Positions 16,399 to 24,000 of a stretch of DNA of 24,000 bases are shown piece by piece. The stretch is from Candidatus Saccharimonadota bacterium (lineage in GTDB: Bacteria; Patescibacteriota; Saccharimonadia; Saccharimonadales; Saccharimonadaceae): the NCBI GenBank assembly GCA_009992235.1, contig JAACVZ010000001.1, positions 111,465-135,464 on the forward strand, in the 5' to 3' direction. The first letter of the stretch is position 1, and every line of letters starts with the position of its first letter. Under the pieces are notes generated by a model. The model was not told the origin of the DNA, searched no databases, and was given only the letters and a program-made list of their open reading frames with translations. The translations under genes and the position numbers were made by a program.

Positions 16399-17192
16399 AA
16401 TTTCACCTCAATGCTTACTGGACAGTGGTCTGAGCCCATGACATCTGGGTGGATTTTTGCATCAACAAGGCTATTCTCAAGCGACTTGCTAGCTAGCCAG
16501 TAGTCGATGCGCCAGCCGACGTTGCGAGCTCGGGCGTTGGCCCAGTGAGTCCACCAGCTGTAGGCTTCGGTTTTGTCGGGATAAAAGTGCCGGAAAGTGT
16601 CAATGAACCCGGCGTTTTCGAAAGCATCAAAGCCACTACGTTCTTCATTGGTGAAGCCGTGCTTGCCGATGTTTGCCTTAGGGTTTGCGAGATCAATTTC
16701 AGCGTGGGCGACGTTTAAGTCTCCGCAAACAAGAACTGGCTTTGTCTTTTCCAGTGCTTTGATGTGTGCCAAAAACGCTGGGTCCCATGCCTCGTGGCGG
16801 AACGTGAGGCGACTTAAGTCACCTTTCGAGTTTGGTGTATAAACAGTTACGACCCAGTATTTTTCGAATTCTGCCGAGATAACTCGCCCCTCAAGTGTGG
16901 CGTCGCCATAGGTATCGGTGAGCTGGTAGGTCTCGTTGATCTCATTAACAAATCTATTTATGACTTGCAGAGGTTTAATTTTCGTGAAAATAGCCGTACC
17001 GCTGTAGCCGGCTTTATCGGCGCTGTGCCAATACTCTTCATAGTCAGGGAGATCAATTTCGGCCTGCCCTTGTTTTGCTTTTGTTTCTTGAAGGCAAAGG
17101 ATATCTGGTTGATGCTCGGCTATGAATGACTGAAACGCGCCTTTATTGATGACGGCTCGAATACCGTTGACGTTCCAGGAATAGAGTTTCAT
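16395..17192 (-). CDS. xthA: Exodeoxyribonuclease III
   Basis: MKLYSWNVNGIRA, PDILCLQETKA, VTVYTPNS, VLVCGDLNVAH, WRIDYWLAS, GSDHCPV. Confidence 0.94.
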   Translation of the reverse strand: MKLYSWNVNGIRAVINKGAFQSFIAEHQPDILCLQETKAKQGQAEIDLPDYEEYWHSADKAGYSGTAIFTKIKPLQVINRFVNEINETYQLTDTYGDATLEGRVISAEFEKYWVVTVYTPNSKGDLSRLTFRHEAWDPAFLAHIKALEKTKPVLVCGDLNVAHAEIDLANPKANIGKHGFTNEERSGFDAFENAGFIDTFRHFYPDKTEAYSWWTHWANARARNVGWRIDYWLASKSLENSLVDAKIHPDVMGSDHCPVSIEVKL

Positions 17193-17647
17193 AGCTTAAC
17201 TTTCGCGTCACGTTCCTGGTCGCGCTTCTTTATAGCCTGACGTTTGTCGTAATGCTTCTTACCCTTACCGAGCGCAATAACTAGCTTGATATGACGTCCG
17301 CGAGTCAGTAGTCGCAACGGAACAATCGTCATGCCGGTGTGTTTTGCATCACTGAGATTATCAATTTGCTTGCGGTGCGCTAGAAGTTTTCTAGGTGAGG
17401 TGTCGACTGTTGATTCGTTGACGCCTTTGGTGTTGAGCACCAAGCTAAAGCTAGCGTTATTTAACCATAGTTCGTCGTTTCGGATGGTCACGAAGGCGCC
17501 TTTTAGTTGAACGCGGCCATCACGAACAGCTCGCACTTCCCTTCCAGTGAGTGCGATGCCAACTGTAAGTTCCTCGTCGAGCGCATAATCATACGACGCT
17601 CGGCGGTTCACGATAGCTGATGCCGGTGTTCGTGCACGTTTCTTCAT
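17189..17647 (-). CDS. smpB: SsrA (tmRNA)-binding protein SmpB
   Basis: NRRASYDYALDEELTVGIALTGREVRAVRDGRVQLKGAFVTIRNDELWLNN...R.LLAHRKQID...LVIALGKGKKHYDKR. The ORF track starts at 17788, but MKKRARTP at 17647 is the likely start. Confidence 0.94.
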   Translation of the reverse strand: MKKRARTPASAIVNRRASYDYALDEELTVGIALTGREVRAVRDGRVQLKGAFVTIRNDELWLNNASFSLVLNTKGVNESTVDTSPRKLLAHRKQIDNLSDAKHTGMTIVPLRLLTRGRHIKLVIALGKGKKHYDKRQAIKKRDQERDAKVKL

Positions 17648-17656
17648 ACTACGTTT

Positions 17657-17665
17657 AGTATAGCA
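17657..17665 (-). promoter_or_regulatory. Extended -10 element TGC-TATACT for smpB
   Basis: Minus strand TGCTATACTAAACGTAGTATG. 9 nt between the -10 and the ATG. Confidence 0.65.
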
Positions 17666-17681
17666 GACAGGGGTCGCTTTG

Positions 17682-18761
17682 CTATTTTGTGAGCGATTGC
17701 ATCGCCTTAAGAAGAGTTTCGGCTGATTTTTTCCAGTTAAATTGAGCAATGTGAGCCGTGCCGTACTTGGTGAGCTGTTTATACCCATCAGGTGAAGAGG
17801 CTTGTTTTACTCTTTCAGCAAATACGGCCGGGTCTTCCGCCGGGAAATACACAGCACCCTTTCCAGCCACCTCACGGTGGATTTCTAGATCGCTGGCTAC
17901 AACTGGTACGCCAAGCTCCAGTGACTCGGCTAATGGTAGGCCGTAACCTTCATCAAGGCTGCCGGTGACGAGTAGTGCGTTATTAGCTAGAAGTTTTGCG
18001 TACTCTTCGTCACTTACACCGTTATGGTAGACCACCTTGGCGCCGCGGGGCGTCATTTTTTTGTACTCTGACTTTCGTTCGGGCGTGATGCGACTCAGAA
18101 GATGAAGTGTGTAGCCAGGAAGGTATTCGAGCCCTTTTATAAGTGTTTCAACATTTTTATACGGCATGAACGAACCCATGTATACAAGATTTGTCGCAGT
18201 GTCCTTCGGCGCATTTACTGGCTTTTTGAGGTATCTCTCAAGACGTTGTGGCGCATTCGGTACGACAATAACTGGGCGTTTTGTAAGATGAACTTTTTCA
18301 AAATCGCGCTTCGATGTTTCACTGACCGTTGCGACAATGTCCGCGGCATTAAGCGTGAGGCGTTGCGGTACGTAGCTGGCGTGAAATATCCGCCATCCCA
18401 TTCGAATGTGCCACGCAAGGCGGGGCGGTGGCATACGGTGACGATAGTAAATCATGTCATGGAGCGTCAGGATTAGTTTATAGCGACGGCCGAACGAGCC
18501 GATAGTTTGCATAGGTGAAAAAACCACATCCGGATGGTATTTATTGAGAATAAGAGCGGAAAACGGTTCTTTTGGTGAGATTGGAGCGTGTATCGTCAGT
18601 GTTTTGGCGCTTTTAGGTAGAAACGCTTTTTGGGCATCGTCGAAGATCAGGAAAGTGACGTCGGTGAGCTTCGCCAATGCATGCCCGAGCTCCATAGAAT
18701 ATCGACTAATACCATCGTGGAAGTCGGTTCGAATGTACCTGGCGTCGTAAAGCACTTTCAT
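17682..18761 (-). CDS. Family-4 glycosyltransferase (GT-B fold)
   Basis: MKVLYDARYI...GISRYSMELG, VVVPNAP, LVYMGSFMPYKNVETLIKGL, GSLDEGYGLPLAESLELGVPVVASD. Start revised to 18761 because the earlier M at 18779 lies upstream of the predicted promoter. Confidence 0.9.
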   Translation of the reverse strand: MKVLYDARYIRTDFHDGISRYSMELGHALAKLTDVTFLIFDDAQKAFLPKSAKTLTIHAPISPKEPFSALILNKYHPDVVFSPMQTIGSFGRRYKLILTLHDMIYYRHRMPPPRLAWHIRMGWRIFHASYVPQRLTLNAADIVATVSETSKRDFEKVHLTKRPVIVVPNAPQRLERYLKKPVNAPKDTATNLVYMGSFMPYKNVETLIKGLEYLPGYTLHLLSRITPERKSEYKKMTPRGAKVVYHNGVSDEEYAKLLANNALLVTGSLDEGYGLPLAESLELGVPVVASDLEIHREVAGKGAVYFPAEDPAVFAERVKQASSPDGYKQLTKYGTAHIAQFNWKKSAETLLKAMQSLTK

Positions 18762-18769
18762 GTGGTGAT

Positions 18770-18787
18770 ATTGTAGCATGATATAAT
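18770..18787. promoter_or_regulatory. Two head-to-head abutting extended -10 elements (TGC-TACAAT on minus, TGA-TATAAT on plus)
   Basis: ATTGTAGCA|TGATATAAT. The minus element is 18778-18770 and the plus element is 18779-18787, within a 36-bp divergent intergenic region. Confidence 0.65.
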
Positions 18788-18797
18788 ACGCCTATAT

Positions 18798-19964
18798 ATG
18801 AAAATCCTCATCGCATCGGATCTTCACTATCCGACCATTAATGGCGTATCAACGTTTAGTCGCAATCTTGCAAAAGGTATGGCTGGGCGTGGTCATGAAG
18901 TTGTGGTTATTGCCCCAAGTCAGACTGGCAAAAAATGTAAAGAAGTTGATGGCAACCACACTATTATCCGCACAACGTCGGTACCATTTCCGTTTTATCA
19001 AAACTTTCGCATATCGCTTGCTCCCGACCGTGAAGTGAAGAAAATTCTCGCCGAGTTCGACCCGGATGTTATTCACATACAAATGCTGCTTGGTATTGGC
19101 CAGTCGACGATGAAATATGGCAATAAAATGGGTATTCCGATTGTCAGCACTAACCACGCTATACCTGAAAACCTTATGGACAACTTGCGCCTTCTCGCGC
19201 CTGTCTCGCGCCCAATCAACTATATTTTAAAAGAGTATTTTTCTAGGTTTCATTTGAAGGCGGACTACGTAACACTCCCGACGAAGTCGGCAATTGGCAT
19301 GATGAACATTGAGGGACGCATGAAGCAGCCCGTTGAGGCGGTTTCAAATGGTATCGACCTAGCACACTTTCAGCCGGGGGAGTTTGACCCACGGGTAGCG
19401 AAGCGCTTCGAGTTGCCGCTCGATGTGCCTATCGTTAGCTATATTGGACGAGTCGATGCTGAAAAGCACCTGCCGGTTCTATTCAAGGCTTTCAAGCGTG
19501 TGCACGAGTCGGTTCCTGACGCACATTTGCTTATTGTCGGCGGCGGTACCGAATTTGATAATCTAAATGACTTAGCTCGCCACTTGGGTATTGCCCGCCA
19601 CGTCACACTAACTGGACGCGTTAGCGACGAAGATCTTGTGGCGCTTCATAAAGCCGGCACGGTGTATTGTATGCCCTCCCCTGCCGAGCTACAGAGCATT
19701 GCGACACTTGAGGCTATGGCTAGTGGTCAGCCGATTGTTGCCGTTGATGCTGGTGCGCTCGGTGAGCTGTGTCAGGACAAGCGGAACGGCTATTTGTGTG
19801 ATCAAGATGATGAAGAGGCCATTGCAGACGGTATACGGGCTATTATCACCGACCCAGCCTTGCGAAAACAGTTTAGCCACGAAAGCCTAGCTATTGCCAA
19901 GACGCATGATATTCAAACAACATACGATCGCTTTGAAGCGATATACACCAAACTTATTTCTTAG
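18798..19964 (+). CDS. Family-4 glycosyltransferase (PimB-like mannosyltransferase type)
   Basis: DLHYPTINGVSTFSRNLAKGMAGRGHEV, AVSNGIDLAHF, YIGRVDAEKHL, PSPAELQSIATLEAMASGQPIVAVDAGALGEL. Confidence 0.93.
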   Translation: MKILIASDLHYPTINGVSTFSRNLAKGMAGRGHEVVVIAPSQTGKKCKEVDGNHTIIRTTSVPFPFYQNFRISLAPDREVKKILAEFDPDVIHIQMLLGIGQSTMKYGNKMGIPIVSTNHAIPENLMDNLRLLAPVSRPINYILKEYFSRFHLKADYVTLPTKSAIGMMNIEGRMKQPVEAVSNGIDLAHFQPGEFDPRVAKRFELPLDVPIVSYIGRVDAEKHLPVLFKAFKRVHESVPDAHLLIVGGGTEFDNLNDLARHLGIARHVTLTGRVSDEDLVALHKAGTVYCMPSPAELQSIATLEAMASGQPIVAVDAGALGELCQDKRNGYLCDQDDEEAIADGIRAIITDPALRKQFSHESLAIAKTHDIQTTYDRFEAIYTKLIS

Positions 19965-20745
19965 CAGTTATTCCGAGCCACGTTTTTATAAGACGCACCA
20001 CTTCACTTGGTGTTTCGTAGTGAGTTAAATGCCCAACGTTATCGATTGTTGCAATACGGGCATTTTTAAAACGTCGCGCCAGTTCGTACTGTTTTCCAAG
20101 CGGAGTTATATCGTCTAACGATGCGGCGATAATTAGCGTCGGTACGGGAATGCGAGCAGCAAATTCACCGACCGTATGGCCAACCGAAGTTTCAAACCCT
20201 TCCATGACCGATTTTGCGCTGTGGAAAGTACTGAAGTAGCGAAAGTGTTGATCGTGAATGAATGCGCGAAGCTTCTTGTCTTTAGTCTTTGCCATACTGT
20301 AGCTCATAATAAAGACCATCGGCTTCATGCCTAGCCATCGCCTTCCGGCTCGTTCGGGAAGTTTTTCGCCAACTCTGTAATAGAACACGGCAAGTTTTGT
20401 CAGGATTTTCTTCGGACCCTCAAGCGCTGGAGCACCAATTGGGTTAACGAGAATAAGTTTTGTTACTGAACGAGGATGTTTCGCAACATAGGCGCTAGCA
20501 ACAATACTTCCAAACGAGTGACCAAGTAATATTGGCTTTTCTTTAAGAGATTGCTTCTTCATGAATCCATCGAGCCAGGTCACGTAGCCATCGAGGTCGT
20601 GTTTTTCAAGCTTGTCGCCCTTGGCAAACCCAGGAAGGTCCGGTACGATGACGGTAAAATCTTTTTCAAGTCGTTTTGCAATAAGAGCAAGGCCGTGATG
20701 CGTACCACGAAATCCGTGAATCATAACGAGGGTTGGTTTTGCCAT
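19954..20745 (-). CDS. Alpha/beta hydrolase
   Basis: LVMIHGFRGTHHGL, VIVPDLPGFAKGD, ILLGHSFGSIVA (nucleophile elbow), ASLDDITP, IDNVGHLTHYETP. Start taken at MAKPTL. Confidence 0.9.
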   Translation of the reverse strand: MAKPTLVMIHGFRGTHHGLALIAKRLEKDFTVIVPDLPGFAKGDKLEKHDLDGYVTWLDGFMKKQSLKEKPILLGHSFGSIVASAYVAKHPRSVTKLILVNPIGAPALEGPKKILTKLAVFYYRVGEKLPERAGRRWLGMKPMVFIMSYSMAKTKDKKLRAFIHDQHFRYFSTFHSAKSVMEGFETSVGHTVGEFAARIPVPTLIIAASLDDITPLGKQYELARRFKNARIATIDNVGHLTHYETPSEVVRLIKTWLGITAKK

Positions 20746-20758
20746 AAGAACTAGGTTA

Positions 20759-21040
20759 TTAGGCTGTTGCCGTCGGTTGGATGTTGTGTGCCTGCATAGC
20801 TGCTTGAAGTTTTGGACGGTCAAAACCAAGAATGATATCACCGCCTATGTCAGTAACGGGGACGCCGCGGAAGTCGTTGTTGATTTTCTTCATAAGCTCG
20901 TCGTGAGCAGATTGGTCGGCCTCGATGTCTTTTGCGACATAAGGGATGCCCATTCGGTCTAACCATTGCATTTCAGTGTGGCAGAAGGCGCACCAGCTCG
21001 TGCGGTAAAGGATGATTTGTGGTGATTTCGTGTCGCTCAT
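20759..21040 (-). CDS. Glutaredoxin/thioredoxin-fold protein (Grx/NrdH-like)
   Basis: IILYRTSWCAFCHTEMQWLDRMGIPYVAKDIE...RGVPVTDIGGDIILGFDRPKL. TTGGAGGAATCT SD before the ATG at 21040. Confidence 0.88.
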   Translation of the reverse strand: MSDTKSPQIILYRTSWCAFCHTEMQWLDRMGIPYVAKDIEADQSAHDELMKKINNDFRGVPVTDIGGDIILGFDRPKLQAAMQAHNIQPTATA

Positions 21041-21135
21041 AGATTCCTCCAAGTAGTTGTTTTCGTCATATTTATTATACAGGATGTCGGTTGAGATATA
21101 AAGCGGTGGTTACCCTATACCTAAGGCGTTTTTTT

Positions 21136-21144
21136 TGATACAAT
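21136..21144 (+). promoter_or_regulatory. Extended -10 element TGA-TACAAT for the atp operon
   Basis: TGATACAATACAGCCTGTATG. 9 nt between the -10 and the atpB ATG at 21154. Confidence 0.55.
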
Positions 21145-21153
21145 ACAGCCTGT

Positions 21154-21984
21154 ATGTTTTCCCTTATGACGACGAGAGTAGCCGCCGCCGATCTCCACAT
21201 TTCTATTTCAGCTCAGCCACTGTTTGAGGTGTTTGGTATTACCATCACAAACGCAGTTTTTACTGGTGCCGTGGGCGCCTTAATTGTCGTGGCGATATTG
21301 TCCTTCGTGGCAATAAAGGTGCGAAGAGGGTCGCACAATCGTTTCACCGGACTAATTCAGTGGGTTTTTGAAGGGCTTTTGAAGCAAATTCACGCCGTTA
21401 TCCCCGACCAACGGGTTGCACGACACATTACCCCGCTAGCCGTGACCATCTTTTTTGTTGTTCTTGTGCAGTACTGGATGAGCGTTATTCCTGGACCCGA
21501 GTCGCTTACTTGGAACGGCGTTCCGCTTCTTCGAAGCCTGACGGCCGACCTTAACTTTACGCTCGCTTTGGCGGTGATTACTATTGTTACCGTACAGCTA
21601 TATGCTATAAAGCACCTTGGTGTATTTGCGAACGCCGGTCGGTATTTCCGAAACCCACTCAAGGACCCGATTGGCGCATTTGAAGGCGTGCTCGAGCTCA
21701 TTGGTGAGGCGTCTCGTGGAGCGGCGCTTGCGCTTCGTTTGTTTGGAAACGCATTTGCTGGCGAGGTACTTCTGGTTATAATCGCCGTTCTGACCAGCTA
21801 CTTTGCGTCAGTCGTTCTGCCCTTCTTTATGGCGTTCGAGTTATTCATTGGCTTTATTCAGGCCTACGTTTTCTTCATGCTTGCCCTCATTTTTACCGCG
21901 TTGGCCGTTTCACACCACGATTCCGATGAACACACTCACCCCTCTGATGACCCTATATCGACAAAGGTCGTTCATCAGGGGTGA
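21154..21984 (+). CDS. atpB: F0F1 ATP synthase subunit a
   Basis: ALALRLFGNAFAGEVLL with the conserved Arg, FELFIGFIQAYVFFMLALIF, followed by the other atp genes. Confidence 0.94.
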   Translation: MFSLMTTRVAAADLHISISAQPLFEVFGITITNAVFTGAVGALIVVAILSFVAIKVRRGSHNRFTGLIQWVFEGLLKQIHAVIPDQRVARHITPLAVTIFFVVLVQYWMSVIPGPESLTWNGVPLLRSLTADLNFTLALAVITIVTVQLYAIKHLGVFANAGRYFRNPLKDPIGAFEGVLELIGEASRGAALALRLFGNAFAGEVLLVIIAVLTSYFASVVLPFFMAFELFIGFIQAYVFFMLALIFTALAVSHHDSDEHTHPSDDPISTKVVHQG

Positions 21985-22025
21985 TGTGCTATAATAAGAA
22001 GTAATTAAAAGGAGAAAAAATAACT

Positions 22026-22238
22026 ATGGACGCATTATCATTTGGCCTTACCTACGCCATTCCCGCAATTGGTGCGGCACTTGCTATTGGCCTTATTGGT
22101 GCAGCAGCGCTAAACGCTTTCGGTCGTAACCCAGAAAAACTAAGTGATATTCGAACGCTTATGATCACCGCTATTGTGTTTGCCGACTCGTTGGCTATCA
22201 TCGGTATCATTGTTGCGATTATCGCAATGTTCTTATAG
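22026..22238 (+). CDS. atpE: F0F1 ATP synthase subunit c
   Basis: 70-aa hairpin protein, RNPE loop, FADSLAIIGIIVAII. GGAG SD upstream. Confidence 0.94.
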   Translation: MDALSFGLTYAIPAIGAALAIGLIGAAALNAFGRNPEKLSDIRTLMITAIVFADSLAIIGIIVAIIAMFL

Positions 22239-22250
22239 GAGTTATAACGA

Positions 22251-22787
22251 GTGACATTCTATACAACTGTCGCTGAGGCGACATCCGGTTCTGGTGATTT
22301 GCTGAGTGCGCTTGGCATTAACTGGCAACTTCTGATTATTCAAATTGTTGCCTTTCTTTTACTTGTGGCGCTTCTTGGTCGCTTTGTGTACCCATGGCTT
22401 ATGAAGTCGGTTGATCAACGTCAGAAAGATATAGAAGATGCCAAAAATGCGAGCATTGAAGCTCAGCGCGCTGCGCAGCAGAGCCAAAAAGACGGTGAAG
22501 CATTGCTCGATGAGGCTCGACGTGAAGCAACTGATATTGTGGCAACGGCAAAACAGGAAGCATCTGATATTGTTTCAACCAGTGAAGAAAAGTCTCGTCT
22601 TGTTGCAGAGCGAATTGCAAAAGAAGCCCGCGATGACATTGGCCGAGACGTTGAAGCGGCTCGCAAACAACTTCGCGCCGAGACACTCGAACTTGTTGCA
22701 CTCGCGACCGAAAAAGTTGTCGGAAAAGTACACACCAAGAAGCCAGACGAAGCCTTGATTGCTGAAGCCCTGAAGGAGAGTAAATAG
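22251..22787 (+). CDS. atpF: F0F1 ATP synthase subunit b (GTG start)
   Basis: N-terminal TM (LLIIQIVAFLLLVALLGRFVYPWL), long charged coiled coil, position in the atp operon. Confidence 0.92.
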   Translation: MTFYTTVAEATSGSGDLLSALGINWQLLIIQIVAFLLLVALLGRFVYPWLMKSVDQRQKDIEDAKNASIEAQRAAQQSQKDGEALLDEARREATDIVATAKQEASDIVSTSEEKSRLVAERIAKEARDDIGRDVEAARKQLRAETLELVALATEKVVGKVHTKKPDEALIAEALKESK

Positions 22788-23182
22788 TGGCACGTCGCCT
22801 GTCTCGTCGCGTTGTCACATCTTTTGTAGCCGAGCGGTTGCAGGAGGGTGATAAAAGCGTAGTGAAGCAACTTGCGGCGTATCTCGTGACGACTCGTCAG
22901 ATTCGTATGCTTGCACTATATGTGCGCGACATCGAGTCTTCTCTGGCGAAAAAGGGTGACGTTATTGCAGATGTCACCACGGCTTTTTCTCTGTCTGCGG
23001 AGACAAAGAAGCATATTAACGCATTTGTTGCTGCCGAAACTGGTGCACTGTCGGTATCGCTTCGTGAGCATGTGAAGTCTGAGGTTCTTGGTGGGCTGCG
23101 ACTACATATTCCAGGAAAAGAACTCGACACGACCGTTCAACGCCAATTGACAACATTACGAACCCAACTGAAGAAAGCCTAA
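22787..23182 (+). CDS. atpH: F0F1 ATP synthase subunit delta, short form (GTG start, 131 aa)
   Basis: C-terminal HVKSEVLGGLRLHIPGKELDTTVQRQLTTLRTQLKK. Position between atpF and atpA. Confidence 0.85.
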   Translation: MARRLSRRVVTSFVAERLQEGDKSVVKQLAAYLVTTRQIRMLALYVRDIESSLAKKGDVIADVTTAFSLSAETKKHINAFVAAETGALSVSLREHVKSEVLGGLRLHIPGKELDTTVQRQLTTLRTQLKKA

Positions 23183-23193
23183 GGAGAAAATTT

Positions 23194-24000
23194 ATGAGCA
23201 ACCTATCAATTACGGAATTATCAAAAGACCTGCGCCAGGCCATTGAAGGTCTTGAAACTCAGGGGGACTTCGATGAAACGGGTATTGTGCTTCGGGTTGG
23301 CGACGGCGTGGTATGGGTTCACGGGCTTCGCAGCGCAGGCTACAGCGAAGTGCTTCATATTGAGACACCGTCTGGTGTGGTTGAGGCCTTTGCGCTGAAC
23401 TTGCTCGAGGACGAAATTGGTGCCGTGTTACTTGGTGATGACGCTGAAGTGAAGGCCGGACAAACCGTTAGACGAAAAGGCTCGGTATTAACCGTTCCAG
23501 TTGGCGACGCGCTTCTCGGGCGCGTAGTTGACCCGCTTGGGCGACCAATGGACGGCGGACCGGCAATTAAATCCAAAGCTGAAGGTCTTGTCGAGCGAGA
23601 TGCTCCAGGGGTAATGGACCGAAAGTCAGTCCATGAGCCACTCATGACAGGTATTGCGGCTATTGACTCGATGTTCCCTATCGGCCGCGGGCAACGTGAA
23701 CTTATTATTGGCGACCGTCAGGTTGGTAAAACGGCGCTTACTATTGATACGATGATCAATCAAGCTCGCCAGAATACTGGTGTCGTGAACGTGTACGTCG
23801 CCATTGGACAGAAGCTATCGAAGATTGCTCGTTTGGTCGATCGCTTGAAGCAAGAGGGTGTTATGGATCAAACAATTATTGTCGCTACTAGCTCGTCTGA
23901 CCCGGCTTCCCTACTCTACCTTGCGCCGTATGCCGGAACGGCCATGGGCGAATACTTCCGTGACAACGGCGGTCATGCGTTGATGATTTATGACGACCTC
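23194..24000 (+). CDS. atpA: F0F1 ATP synthase subunit alpha, 3' end outside the window
   Basis: MSNLSITELSKDLRQAIEG...GRVVDPLGRPMDGG...PIGRGQRELIIGDRQVGKTAL (Walker A)...YLAPYAGTAMGEYF. AAGGAG SD. Frame open to the window end; absent from the supplied ORF track. Confidence 0.96.
   Translation, partial: MSNLSITELSKDLRQAIEGLETQGDFDETGIVLRVGDGVVWVHGLRSAGYSEVLHIETPSGVVEAFALNLLEDEIGAVLLGDDAEVKAGQTVRRKGSVLTVPVGDALLGRVVDPLGRPMDGGPAIKSKAEGLVERDAPGVMDRKSVHEPLMTGIAAIDSMFPIGRGQRELIIGDRQVGKTALTIDTMINQARQNTGVVNVYVAIGQKLSKIARLVDRLKQEGVMDQTIIVATSSSDPASLLYLAPYAGTAMGEYFRDNGGHALMIYDDL

Noticed and set aside
17648-17788. N-terminal extension of the smpB ORF (MGINSSPST...)
   Set aside because: SmpB homology starts after MKKRARTP. 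The predicted promoter at 17657-17665 lies within the extension, which also overlaps the neighbouring GT gene.
21091-21120. TTGAGA-N18-CTATAC as an atp operon promoter
   Set aside because: Plausible, but the TGA-TACAAT element closer to atpB fits the pattern seen at other genes better. Kept only as an alternative, and TSS mapping would decide.
22399-22870. Minus-strand ORFs of 135-139 aa across atpF
   Set aside because: Antisense shadows of a high-confidence atpF/atpH region. No domain or start signal is seen.
1-24000. Alternative genetic code (UGA=Gly) as in Gracilibacteria/Absconditabacteria
   Set aside because: UGA is used as a genuine stop, for example at the ends of atpB, smpB and xthA. 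All proteins read normally with the standard code.
1-24000. CRISPR array, transposon/IS, prophage or defence island
   Set aside because: I found no regularly spaced short repeats, transposase/integrase-like proteins, Cas, toxin-antitoxin or restriction genes. The tandem repeat at 21-320 is a protein-coding RCC1 repeat.

Overview
The window is a gene-dense chromosomal segment. Gene content, short genes and sequence character suggest Candidatus Saccharibacteria (TM7)/CPR, but this is an inference and was not searched. Left to right it contains: the 3' part of a large secreted RCC1/FN3-like repeat protein joined to a MacB/LolCDE-type ABC ATPase and permease; tRNA-Glu(CTC) on the minus strand; a small orphan ORF with its own promoter and terminator; a receiver-only response regulator and a membrane histidine kinase; a DUF3048/YerB-like protein; gltX; a membrane protein with a DUF4367-like C-terminus; a PEGA-domain/beta-propeller-like protein; a sortase; tRNA-Leu(CAA); an acidic 139-aa orphan protein between a consensus promoter and a strong hairpin; a divergent ribokinase/NnrD-like protein; a HAD phosphatase; xthA; smpB; two divergent GT4 glycosyltransferases; an alpha/beta hydrolase; a glutaredoxin-like protein; and the start of an F-type ATP synthase operon (atpB-E-F-H-A). 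I see no CRISPR array, mobile element or defence island. The most notable signal is in the promoters. A recurring extended -10 element (TGn-TAyAmT) sits only 8-10 bp upstream of the start codons of gltX, smpB, atpB and both divergent glycosyltransferases. These genes lack a Shine-Dalgarno sequence, so leaderless transcription is predicted. Several of these promoters also carry inverted repeats over the -10. Other points of interest are the RCC1/FN3-ABC transporter operon, the two orphan small proteins, a kinase-fold protein lacking the expected GTGD motif, and an atypical ATP synthase (Asp in subunit c, short delta).
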